Source: Vitrella brassicaformis CCMP3155 (taxonomy: Eukaryota; Protista; Chromerida). From it: a stretch of 64,000 nt of DNA. The stretch spans positions 1 through 64,000 of the forward strand of contig CDMY01000603.1 of NCBI GenBank assembly GCA_001179505.1, written 5' to 3'. A program made the position numbers and the translations under genes. Under the pieces are notes generated by a model, which saw nothing but the letters and a program-made list of their open reading frames with translations, was not told the origin of the DNA and did no database searches. This document shows positions 48,917 through 60,251 of this stretch, one piece after another (position 1 is the first letter of the stretch; every line of letters starts with the position of its first letter).

Positions 48917-50107
48917 CATCATCACTGCGCACAGCCACACCCACACCCACAGGCACCGACACAGAAACATAAACACGCCCACGATTTTATGTTAGATGGC
49001 TGACCTCTGCCGTTCTGAGGCTCTTCGGCTGCTGGTGCCGGACAACCACGACAGCTCCGCCAGTGGGGATCGGCGCCGCTGACACAGACACAGACAGAGA
49101 CAGAGACATGTGAATGTGATGTCTCTGTCTGTCTGTCTATTGTGTCTGTCTGTCTGGTTGGTTAGGTGCATGCCTGGCACGATTGGCTTCTTTGCTGCCG
49201 CCGCACCCTCAGCACCGCCAGCCGTCTTGGGGAATCTGCACCAACACAGAGAGAGAGAGAGACACTCATTTCTTTGTCCGTCCGTCCATTTGTGTGTCTC
49301 TCTGTGTCTCTCTCTTGCCGCAGGTCGATGGCCACGTTGTTGTCAGGAGCGCTCTCGAGTGCGTTGATGCGCTCGTCCGTCTCGTTGAGCTGTGCCTGGA
49401 GTCTCTGATTCTCGCTGTTGGCCTGGGCGAGTGCGGTCTGCAGTTGGTGCACCTGTCCCTCCAATTGTGTTTGCGCCAGCTTGGTTTGAGCCAGTGCGGC
49501 CGCCACGTCGCTTTTCTCCTCCCCGGCCTCCTCGAGCTCCTCTTCGGTGATGGTCGCGGCGGGCTGGGCGGCTGGCGCTGCTGCTGGTGGTGGCACTGCT
49601 TGGCCAGCGGGAGGTGTCATTGGTGCGGCTGCGGGGGGCTGAGGGAAGCCGATGGCCTGGCCTAACACACCCTCGAGACCTCTGCAATGCAATCCAATGG
49701 ATGCCACGCACAGCACAGCACAGCCGATCGATGAGATCAGCTGAGGGACTGACTGGACTGCGTGGGGGTGTTTGTTTGGTTGTGTGCTTACGGGATGAGC
49801 GCATGCCACAAAGGCGTGCAGACGACAGCCGCGACCATCACGAGCGAGGCGAGACCACCAGCCGACATCATCCTGGCACGACTCGACTCGGTGTGCTGTG
49901 CTGTGTCTGTCAAGCCAAAGCCAAACAGTGTTTGAGTGAGTTAGTGGGTCAGTCAGTCAGTCAGTCAAACAGATCGAGAGCAAACGGTTGATTGACTGCA
50001 GCCGGCCGAAGCACACTCAATTGCAGGCAGCTGTCCTGTCCAGCGGACAGCAATTGATTTGATGATGGGATGGATGTCTCACTCGCTCAGACCTTTGACC
50101 GATCGAC
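48917..50107 (-). repeat. Left arm of a ~1.2-kb inverted duplication (partner 57441-58620)
   Basis: Reverse-complement match covering upstream sequence, exons, introns and 3' flank, with scattered substitutions and small indels. Confidence 0.92.
48987..49871 (-). CDS. Putative secreted Pro/Ala-rich coiled-coil protein, copy 1 (4 exons, two GC-AG introns)
   Basis: MMSAGGLASLVMVAAVVCTPLWHA signal-like N-terminus; TITEEELEE; heptad tract LAQTQLEGQVHQLQTALAQANSENQRLQAQL; GC donors starting at 49318 and 49173; stop TAA 48987-48989. Confidence 0.75.
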
Positions 50108-50471
50108 GTCGACCGACCGATCAAAAAGGATGTATGCAGGTACACCACACAAACAGCGTCTCATGCGTACGAATGCATGTGGAGCACGGACAGCTCAGGG
50201 ATGAGAGAGACATTCGATCTTCGTGTGCTCGTGCGTGATGAAGCAAAGCAGCCTCATGAGAAGAGACCCCACGTACACGAGGGAGAAGACAGCCACAGCT
50301 GGTCTGGTCTATCTCGATCATCGAGTACGAGAAGGACAAGCTGACTGCCCGCAACAGAAAAATGGCCAGCATGTGAGATAAAGAGGAAGCCACACGCATA
50401 CAGGAAAGGAGAGATACTCGGCTGGCGGGCGGGCCAGCCAAAGCCAAGCAGCTGGCGATCGAGACACACAG

Positions 50472-51065
50472 CTAGTCTACCACTTTCTTGTCTTCCTTTT
50501 GCCTCCGCAACAAATCGGTCCCGACAATGAGATAGATCAGGAGGGCAAGCACGCCAGCGACGAAAATGCACGTGAAGATCACACACAGGCACAAAAAATT
50601 GCTACTCCCCTGTTCTGCCTCCGAGAACTCCGTGCCCTCCGTGCCCCTCCTGACCGACAACCATAGTGACAAGGAAAACAAACACATGAACGCAGGAGAC
50701 ATTGTGTTGTGTCAACATTCATGACTCACTCACCTTGACAGGGACCGCCGGCTGACGAAGCTGAAGGCCCATGACACCCTTCGCGACAAAGACCGCGACA
50801 TGCGTCTGAAGCTGCCGGCCCGTGACGGCGCCCTGCTGCCGTCTTCGGAGTTGCTCGCGCTGTGTTTGGGCAGGGGCAGCGGGGGCCTCGCAATGCCAGC
50901 GTGAGCGGATTGTGGCGCAGTGGTCGCTGGCTCAGCCCATCTAACCGACGAAGAACCTGACTTCGACCCCGATCTCGAGCCGCTGCCACTTGCAGATGGT
51001 TTTGCTGAGTCATCTGTGTCGCTTACTGACGCATATATCCGCGCTTTCTTGCCTGGGGACCTCAT
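50472..51065 (-). CDS. Ser-rich, C-terminally membrane-anchored small protein, 2 exons
   Basis: ATG 51065 MRSPGKKARIY...; phase-2 GT-AG intron; TM segment FLCLCVIFTCIFVAGVLALLIYLIVG followed by a short basic tail. Confidence 0.65.
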
Positions 51066-51198
51066 TTCCTGACCATTTCCTGGAAGCTCAAAGCTCGCAG
51101 AGCCGCAAGCTTGCACAGTCGCACAACGGTTCGCTTTCCTTTCTCCGCTGCCAGGTGCCCTGTACGTACCGCGGCCCCTGTGCTGAGGCAAGAGTGTG
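51066..51198. promoter_or_regulatory. Putative bidirectional promoter (tail-anchored protein / MORN protein)
   Basis: 133 bp between divergent ATGs; AAGCTCGCA at 51091-51099. Confidence 0.55.
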
Positions 51199-52427
51199 AT
51201 GAAGAGCATTGCAACGGAGAGCACGGCAGGCAGCTCGCCACCTGGCAGCGCTCAGAGCGGCCCTGGGATAGATCACGGCGTTCGAGAGTCGTTTCCCCGC
51301 TTCCTAACCTGCCCCTGGGGTGGCAGTGGCGCCACGGCGTGGAGCTCCGTCACGTCACTGTGCAGGTGGTGCTGGGACAAAGACGGAGGGCCGCACGGCA
51401 AGAAGAGCAAGATCGACCCCGAGGTGGACGTCAGCGGCTCCAGTCACAAGACGCTCAACCTCGAGACTGCCTGCACCGTCAACGAGTCGGTCAACAGCTG
51501 GGAGCAGACCGTCTTGTACGAGGACGGCAGGAGGTATAAGGGACAGTGGAAGGTACGGGCGGATGGGATGAGTTGGGAACATGTGCAGCACAGGGAGGGC
51601 ATCACCGAGACACTGGCAGATTCATGTATTGATTGACTCCTGTGACTCATCCATCGATTGTCTGCGCTTTTGTGTGTGTCTTCATAGGATGGGAAGCGGC
51701 ACGGTACGGGCGAGGAGACGTCTCCGTCGGGCGACTTCAGCTACTACGGCAACTTCAGTCAGGACCGATACGAGGGCTGGGGCAGGATGGAGTGGAGCAA
51801 CGGCGCAAGATACTGCGGTCTGTCAATCACACACCCTGCACACCAGCAGTGGTCCGTTTGTCGATCGATGTGTCTGTGTGTGCAGGTCAGTTCCACAACA
51901 ACCTCAAGCACGGCTATGGCGTTGAGCAGTACCCCAACGACGATGTCTACCAAGGTCAGACAGGCAGACAGGCAGACAGACCGCGCCGGTGGAGGCATGC
52001 GACCAACAACACACCCTTTTCTGTGGGTGCAGGCAACTTTGTGAACGGCCGCATCGAGGGCGAAGGCACCTATATTCGTCGGGATGGCACCATCGTCAAG
52101 GGTACTCCACTCGCACCACACGGACACTCTCTGATCAATCGGTCGATCCATCCATCCATCGCCCATCCCCCTCTCTCCTCCCTCTTTCTGTCAGGTCTGT
52201 TCCGTGACGGCAGATTAATCGCCTCCCACCCTCCCTCGCCAACCCACGCGGCCGAGGTGCGGCAGGACAGCGCCCTCTCGACACCCGACGAGGCCACGGA
52301 GCACCAGCCATTCAGCAACGCACTCTTCGCCGGCACGCCCACCACCACAACGTCCTCCAAAGACAACAAGCCCCCACACAAAAGGGCGGGAGCGGAGGCC
52401 GGCAAAGTCACCAACGCGTATATCTGA
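51199..52427 (+). CDS. MORN-repeat protein, 5 exons
   Basis: YKGQWKDGKRHGTGEE, YYGNFSQDRYEGWGRMEWSNGARYCGQFHNNLKHGYGVEQYPNDDVYQGNFVNGRIEGEGTY. Confidence 0.9.
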
Positions 52428-53457
52428 CTGACCGAACAACCGACCGACCGACCGGCACAAGCAAGGCAATCGTGGTGGGTGGGTGGGCGGGGCAGATGGG
52501 GGGGTGGCAAGACAGACAGACAGATAGATGATTGATTGATTGATTGATTTGATGTGTCGATTGATGAATGAATGGGTGGGGACGCGGGGCACGCTGTGTT
52601 CGCTCGCTCCATCAGATGGGTGGGCGGGGTGGGGTGGGGGGGTGGGAAGGGAACAGAATATAGTGTACGGCCGAGGGGGCAATGGGCGGCTGGGTTGATT
52701 GATTGATGGTTTCAATGCCTCTCGCTTCCTCTCGTTTCTGCCTGCCTGCTTGCCTGCCTGCCTGCCGTTGTCTCATCCTTCTTTCCTTGCTGGCTAGAGT
52801 TAGTTTTGTCGCGACCTCACACACCCGACTACCCCACTCACCTCACCCACCCAACCCACTCGGCTGCCCGGTGCTGGTGCATGTGTCTCATGTCCGAGCG
52901 ACCGACCGACCGGCTGCCATGCTGTTTTTCAGCCCGATTCGATGACGATCAGATTCACTCATTCACTCACTGCCTGCCCTACGAGAATGACGCCTGGCTG
53001 CGATGATATCTTCCCATGTGCATGGCTGCCTGTCTGTCTGTCTTGTCTGTCTAATTCTCAGCGAAAGGTGGGTGTGGCCAGTGCCTGCGTCCCTTCCTCC
53101 CTCATTGCCTCTGGCCCACCCATCCAACGAAGGTGGGGTCTAGACTGACTGACTGACTGACTGATGGACAGACAGCTCTATACATCTATACGTACCATGC
53201 CGTACGATCGATGTATACAGGCAGACAGACAGACAGTCCAGACCGCACCGCCTTTGCTTGGTGTGCTTGGTGGGCGAGGTGTGTGATGTTGTTTGCAACG
53301 CGAGACAGTCTGTGTCCGTGGTCTCTGTGGATTGTATGGGTGTGGTGTGTGTGGGTGGTGTGTTATGTGTGTCTTTATCACTCCGTGCTCTCTCCCCTTG
53401 TGTGCGTGCTTGCATGTGAGGAACCTGAGAGCCCATTTGAGGACGGGGGGGGAGGGG

Positions 53458-53757
53458 NNNNNNNNNNNNNNNNNNNNNNNNNNNNNNNNNNNNNNNNNNN
53501 NNNNNNNNNNNNNNNNNNNNNNNNNNNNNNNNNNNNNNNNNNNNNNNNNNNNNNNNNNNNNNNNNNNNNNNNNNNNNNNNNNNNNNNNNNNNNNNNNNNN
53601 NNNNNNNNNNNNNNNNNNNNNNNNNNNNNNNNNNNNNNNNNNNNNNNNNNNNNNNNNNNNNNNNNNNNNNNNNNNNNNNNNNNNNNNNNNNNNNNNNNNN
53701 NNNNNNNNNNNNNNNNNNNNNNNNNNNNNNNNNNNNNNNNNNNNNNNNNNNNNNNNN
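53458..53757. other. Assembly gap (300 N)
   Basis: Run of N flanked by G- and C-rich ends. Confidence 1.
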
Positions 53758-55274
53758 CCCGGGGGGAGAAGGTCTGGTCTTTGACAAACTCTTTTGTAAG
53801 GACACTTCGTACATACGTACTTCTACCCTACCTACCTACCCTCTCACTCATTCACTCACTCAGGCTGATTGATTGTACGGCCTGCCCGCCCCGCCTGCCT
53901 CTCGGCCTTTCTAATGTGGTGCTACAGGTGTTAAGTGCTTTTGGCTGATTTGTTCCCTCCCACAACCCCACCCCACGCCACCGACCCACTTGTCTGCCTG
54001 CCTGCCTGGTGCGGACGCGATTTGTTTTTTGCGCCGTCGTCGTGTCGTATCCTGTCTCATTCATTTTGTGCATGTCCTGCTGCCTTGCCTGAGTCGTCCT
54101 GTGTGTGGATTGTGTGCGTGTGGGTGTGGTTTGACAGAGGGAGGGAGGAGTGTGTGTGTGTGTGTGTGACTGTGCCCCTAGTCAATGGATGGATGTGTGT
54201 TGGGTGTTGGGTGCGTGGGTGAGTGGACTATATTTTTTCCTTGCCTTCCTCCCTCCCTGTCTGTCTGTCTATCTGTGCCTTTCTGTCTCTCTGTCTGTCT
54301 GTGTGGCTGACTCTCGTCGTTTCTTGTCTTGTCTTGTCTTCTTGACGGCCTTTACTGCATGAATCAATGCATAGCAAGGTCTTTTGTCTTTTCGTTCGCC
54401 CGCCTGTCCGCCTGTTCTCTCTCTCTCTCTCTCTCTTTCCCTCCCATTCTCTCTCTCTCCGATCCTCTGCGTGTGCATGTGTTGTGTTGCCCTTTGTTTG
54501 GGGCGGGCGGTGGGTGGGGTGGGTTGGGGAGGGGAGTGGCGTGATATATGGGTGCATGAGGAGTGGCTCTAGTCAATGTAATATCATGCGTGTATGTGTG
54601 AGGGTCGATGTCTGCTGCGGTGCGCCTAGTCGAATGCGATGCAATCGATCGTACTGATGGATGAATGGATAGATGGATGGATGCCTAATTCGAGCAATTC
54701 GATCAGCGCGAGGATGGCCACTTTCACACGACCGACAAAGAAGGAAGGGCGCAAACAGACAGACGCTGCAGACAGACAGACCACACAGAGAGAGGCCAGA
54801 TCAGGTCAAAAGAGACAGATGTCAAGAGAGAGAGAGCGAGATGAGCAAAGCCTCTGGGCTGGCGGCCTGGCCGGTATACGTGCGTACGTCACAGTCCCCC
54901 ACTGCGTCGATCTGTCTATCATCACTCTGTATCTGCCATCGAACAAACTGATGGCGGTCAGGGCGATTGGATGGATGGGCGTACTGGTGCCGGCAGCCGA
55001 CCCATCGATGGGATCCATGGGGTGGGTGGACGAGTGAGTGAAGGGATTAAATGAGAGAGAACGGGGCGGTGCGGGGCGGTGCGTACGTACTTTCTGTGTC
55101 TGTCTGGTTTGACCTGGCCTGGCCCCCCCCTCCTCCTTCTTATGTAGTTGGTCAGTCTCATGTGTGCGTATGCGTCTGCGTGTGTGTCTGTGTGTGTAGA
55201 ACTCGTGTGCCTGTCTGTCCAAACAAACATGCTAGCTATATGGTATTTTCATAACCATGCCTCTCCCTCTCTCC

Positions 55275-55324
<50 letters not shown>

Positions 55325-57440
55325 ACGTCTGCTGGCGCGCGCTTTTACGTCTCGAGGGAGGGCTCGAGGGCGCCTGCAGACATACATGGCACTCACGAAT
55401 CGACTCGATCCTCGATCACTTGGTACCTGCCGACTCTCTTGCTGCCTTCGTTCATACCTGCGTTGTGTAAAGTGAATCTCTATCTGTCCGTATCAGGGGG
55501 CTCTCGCGCATTCCTTTCTGTCTTTCTTTCTTTCTTTCTCTCGTGTGCTATTCTGAAAATTTATCACCGTATGTGGTGTGGTGTGGTATGGTGCGGTGTG
55601 CGTGAGGATGTGTGTGTGGTGTGCGACGTTTTGGCGCACATATGGGATGGATTGGGATAGGGGTGTGTTGTGTTGTGTGCGGCCAGTCTGTCTTCTGGTC
55701 AGATCAGATGGAAGTTTTATACAGGCAGGGCTCTCCTCTCTCGCATCGCATCGCATCGCATTCATCGCTGGCTCGCTCCTTCTTTCTGCCTGTCTTCACC
55801 TCTCTGTTTTCTCCCTTTCTTCTGGCTGGCTAAGGGGAGAAACCGATTTCGAAACCAATCGAGGCCGTAGGAACACTCGTTGGTATTTTTTTCCGTCGGT
55901 GGATGTAATGCACGGCTGCTTGGCTTGGCTGGCTTTGTGGCTGTCTTGTCTTGCTGCGTAATGAGTATGGTACCAACTACGCCGGCTTTTCTGGCCGGCC
56001 GGCTTGGCTTCATTTGCAATGCATGTGTGTGCACGTCACGTCATGTGTGTCCATCTGTCGATCGGTCGTTTGGTCGTTTGTTCAGTCAGTCAGTCAGTCG
56101 GCTGCGTGTGCGCATGTGTGTGGCTGAATTTAGTGGGTGGGCTTGGTGTAGGGAGGCGGTAATCCCTGGCGTAGGTACACTCACTGGCTCACTCAGTCAC
56201 TCACTCACTCCCCTCTTCCTTGCTACATACAAACGCACCCACCCCCCATCCACCCGCTTCATGCATTGGATACCCTACTTGCTGCTGAGAGAAAGGAAGA
56301 GTGTGTGTGCGTACTGGCTGCTGCTGCTGCTGCTGCTATTTGCTGCATGCTGCGTGCGAAGGTCGGTGTTCTATGAAGCGTCCTTCCCTGTCTGAGTGTC
56401 TTCCTGCCTTCCCGGCCGTGCCATGCAAATCCCAGCCAGCCAGATACACCTAGACTACGCCACGCCACGCCACGCCACACACGTCATGGACCCACCCAGC
56501 CGATGCGTGCATTCTTGTGCCTTTCATCTCCCTCCCTCAAGTGAGACGGGCGTCGCGGCCCCCTCGTGTGTACCACACACCATGAGATGATTGATGGGCT
56601 GTCTGGTTGGTTGGTGTCTTGTCTGTCTTGGCACATGATTGGTGTGGCCAGCCACTTGTCGTGCATGACTTACTTACTCCCTTACTCACTCATCGAGACA
56701 GACAGACAGACAGGCAGGACAGTACGTCAACGTGCAGGCAGACAGGCAGGCAGGACGCCTATCGAGGTGGCCTGGGTGGGTGGGTATCTGGCTGTCTGTC
56801 TGTTTCGTACATACTTGCGTGTCGTGTCGTGTCGTGTCGTGTGGTGTGGCGTCGTGGCGCGGTGTCCGATCTTTGTACCGATCGCATGCATGCCTGGACG
56901 GGCGCTGTTTGGTGGATGGATGGATAATACGACAGCCACATATATCGCTGGCTGGCTGGCTGTCGATCGGTCTGTCTAGAAGTAACAACTGCTGACGCAC
57001 TGAATGCATGGCATGGCATGGATCGCCTGACTGACTCCTTCCATACTCCTTCCATGTCTTCCTGACTCTCCGACTCACTCGCACGCAGCGAAGGAGTTCG
57101 TGAGATGATACGGGACGAGTTGAGTCGAGGTGCCTTCACGTGTGTGTCTTTCCCCTCCCCCACTCAAGGGCCGGCTCGTTGGCTGAGAGCACTAGAGAGC
57201 AGTGTCCTTGCCCTGCTGTGCTCTGAGTCCACGATCTTGTCTCTCTGTGGGTGGAGGGAGACATGTGTTGGTTGGCCGTTGGTGCGATGCCGTGCGATGT
57301 GGCACATGCGGACCATTCGGACAATTTGGTTGGTACATGCCCTGAAGCTTGCCGTCGACCCTCATCGACTCACACAAGCAGCAAGGTCTCTCCCTCCCTC
57401 ACACACACACATACTCGATCGTACAAATACGTACGCGTAC

Positions 57441-58620
57441 ATCGATCGGTCAAACGTCTGAGTGAGTCAGTCAGTCAATCGAATCGACACAAAACATCCC
57501 TCCCATCATCAATTGCTGTCCGCTGGACAGGACAGCTGCCTGCAAGTAAGTGTGCTTCGGCCGGCTGTAATCAATCAACCGTTTGCTCTCGATCTGTTTG
57601 ACTGACTGACTGACCCACTCACTCACGCACTGTTTGGCTTTGGCGTGACAGATCGTGTCGAGTGAGGACAGGATGATGTCGGCTGGTGGTCTTGCCTCGC
57701 TCGTGATGGTCGCGGCTGTCGTCTGCACGCCTTTGTCACATGCGCTCATCCCGTAAGCACACAACCAAACAAACACCATCACGCAGTCCAGTCAGTCTCT
57801 CAGCTCAGCTCATCGATCGGCTGTGCTGTGCATTGCAGAGGTCTCGAGGGTGTGTTGGGCCAGGCCATCGGCGTCCCTCAGCCCCCCGCAGCCGCACCAA
57901 TGACACCTCCCGCTGGCCAAACAGTGCCACCACCAGCAGCAGCGCGAGCCGCCCAGCCCGCCGCGACCATCACCGAAGAGGAGCTCGAGGAGGCCGGGGA
58001 AGAGGAAAGCGACGTGGCGGCCGCACTGGCTCAAACCAAGCTGGCGCAAACACAATTGGAGGGACAGGTGCACCAACTGCAGACCGCACTCGCCCAGGCC
58101 AACAGCGAAAACCAGAGACTCCAGGCACAGCTCAACGAGACGGACGAGCGCATCAACACACTCGAGAGCTCTCCTGACAACAACGTGGCCATCGACCTGC
58201 GGCAAGTCAAGGCGTCGGATGGGAGAGAGAGACACAGAGAGACACACAAATGGACGGACAAACAAATGAGTGTCTCTCTCTCTCTCTGTGTGTGTGTGGG
58301 TGCAGATTCCCCAAGACGGCTGGCGGTGCTGAGGGTGCGGCGGCAGCAAAGAAGCCAATCGTGCCAGGCACGCACCAAACCAACCAGACAGACACAACAG
58401 ACAGACAGACAGAGACATCACATTCACATGTCTCTGTCTGTGTGTGTCTGTGTGTCTGTGTCAGCGGCGTCGATCCCCACTGGCGGAGCTGTTGTGGTGG
58501 TTCGGCACCAGCAGCCGAAGAGCCTCAGAACGGCAGAGGTCAGCCATCTAACATAAAATCGTGGACGTGTTGATGTTTCTGTGTCGGTGCCTGTGGGTGT
58601 GGGTGTGCGCAGTGATGATG
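57441..58620 (+). repeat. Right arm of the ~1.2-kb inverted duplication (partner 48917-50107)
   Basis: For example tcgatcggtcaaa and tgtgcgcagtgatgatg match the reverse complement of the left-arm ends. Confidence 0.92.
57673..58556 (+). CDS. Putative secreted Pro/Ala-rich coiled-coil protein, copy 2 (exons 57673-57752, 57839-58201, 58306-58367, 58465-58556)
   Basis: Paralog of copy 1; GC donors at 58202 and 58368; stop TAA 58554-58556. Confidence 0.75.
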
Positions 58621-58784
58621 ATACGTGTGTTTGTATTGCCATCCCATCCTTATTGACGCACTCTCACATGTAAGAGTCTCTTTGTCTGCGTGTGGTCCGC
58701 GAAAACAACCAAACCACCCGTTTGCGCGTACACAATGCTGTCCCTCTGTGTGTGTCCTGGCTGAGTCCCACATATGCCGCCATT

Positions 58785-60146
58785 CTACATGGTCCAGTAG
58801 ACGGCCCCATAAGGCACAATGCCCACACCCACGGCAACCACCACAGACAGCAGCCCATACACGTACGCCCGCCACAGCTCGAGCCCATGCAGCTCAGCCA
58901 CAAACGTCGACACAGTCGACAGGGACGCGTCAATCCCCGACATGCTCGCCACAGTGAACTCCCCAGAGAGCTCGTCGAGCGAATATCCATACAGCAGAAG
59001 CACGGCCGACAGCACGCCGTTTGCAAACGTCGCAACTACATTGGCCAGAAATGTGCCCAGAGGGAACTTGCCGGCGAACCGGGGAAGCTTGTTGACCTTC
59101 CCAAGCTGCCATCGGACGATGGCGCCTGCCGGGCCGAGCAGTGCCGGCAGCCAATAGATGTCGAACCTGTAACTGCTGCGGTCGAATATGGCTGCGCAGA
59201 CCAGGGCGCCATAACAGATGAGGAACACGGCCGTGCCAGAGAGGAGGAGGCAACCGTTGTGGAACCTCTGCTCAGCTGTTGGCATCTTGGCCGGCGCATC
59301 TGCAGTGGTGTCACCATTATTGTCAGGCCGACTGATGGGCGGTCGATTGTCTTCGACAAAGAGCAGGTTCTCGAGGGCGCTGTCGAGCTGGAGGATGGCT
59401 GACCACGATCTCCTCAGCACGGCGCCCCTCATCTCTCTGTGCAAGCCACGCATGCTGTCCACCGCTTCTTTGTGCTGGCCACTCAGCGTGTCAACCATGC
59501 CCGTTTGTACCGTCTTGGTGTCCTCCTCCTTTTCCTCAGCCACAGCCGCCACAGTAGGTTCCAGCATCCTTTCCAGCAGCAGGTGAGCGTGCTTCCCGAC
59601 AAAAAAGCTCATTATCGACACATGGAAGCCCAGCATGACCATGAGCAGCGCCGTGACCACCTGCCCGTCCGCAAGGTGCTTGATCACGCGATACATCCAA
59701 GAGGCAAACGTCGTGAAGGATCCACAGAAGCCAGTTGACACCCCCAAGTGCACGGAAGGCCCCGTCGCGCGCTTGATCCGCTCCACGGCGCTGGCCGCCA
59801 TCCCCATTGTGAAGCTGCCCAGTGCATTCGCCGGCAGCTCAGAAAACAAGGGCGGCGGCATGACGTTCCACAGTGGAGGGCCGAATAGCTGCGATGTCCC
59901 TTGGCGTGCAAGCACCCCGAGGATGGCGAAAAGGGACACATGGATGGTCTCGCGGCAGGTGTGCTCGAAGGAATGGCCGCTGAAGCCGTCGTGCTTGGGC
60001 CTGGAGAAGGCGCGACGCTGCACTGTAGGCGGGTGGGACGTGCCATTGGAGTTGGTGACGCCGTTGTTGGCTTCGATGTCACGCCGGTTTGACAAGCCGC
60101 AGTCGTCTGCAGATCTGATTGACTCGTCCTTCTGTTCTCTGTTCAT
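58785..60146 (-). CDS. FEX: Fluoride exporter, FEX type (two fused CrcB/Fluc domains), intronless, 453 aa
   Basis: Domain 1: FAILGVLAR...LPANALGSFTMG...GVSTGFCGSFTTFASW. Domain 2: GPAGAIVRWQL...FPLGTFLANV...SLSTVSTFVAE. Single uninterrupted ORF. Confidence 0.92.
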   Translation of the reverse strand: MNREQKDESIRSADDCGLSNRRDIEANNGVTNSNGTSHPPTVQRRAFSRPKHDGFSGHSFEHTCRETIHVSLFAILGVLARQGTSQLFGPPLWNVMPPPLFSELPANALGSFTMGMAASAVERIKRATGPSVHLGVSTGFCGSFTTFASWMYRVIKHLADGQVVTALLMVMLGFHVSIMSFFVGKHAHLLLERMLEPTVAAVAEEKEEDTKTVQTGMVDTLSGQHKEAVDSMRGLHREMRGAVLRRSWSAILQLDSALENLLFVEDNRPPISRPDNNGDTTADAPAKMPTAEQRFHNGCLLLSGTAVFLICYGALVCAAIFDRSSYRFDIYWLPALLGPAGAIVRWQLGKVNKLPRFAGKFPLGTFLANVVATFANGVLSAVLLLYGYSLDELSGEFTVASMSGIDASLSTVSTFVAELHGLELWRAYVYGLLSVVVAVGVGIVPYGAVYWTM

Positions 60147-60251
60147 CGCATTCGCTCGTCATGAAAGCGCTCCACGCCTCCCGGCCACTCAGCCGCCGTT
60201 CTTGCGAGCTTAGAGTGCAGCTCGTGGATGTGTTGGGTAAGAGGCGCGTAG
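60147..60251. promoter_or_regulatory. Putative bidirectional promoter (FEX / Myb)
   Basis: 105 bp between divergent ATGs; TGCGAGCTT (reverse complement of AAGCTCGCA) at 60203-60211. Confidence 0.6.

Noticed and set aside
52612-57461. Numerous 60-180-aa ORFs rich in VCVC, HTHT, DRQT and WMDG
   Set aside because: They are translations of microsatellites, not genes.
58692-60213. Several + strand ORFs opposite FEX
   Set aside because: Antisense shadows with no recognisable motifs.
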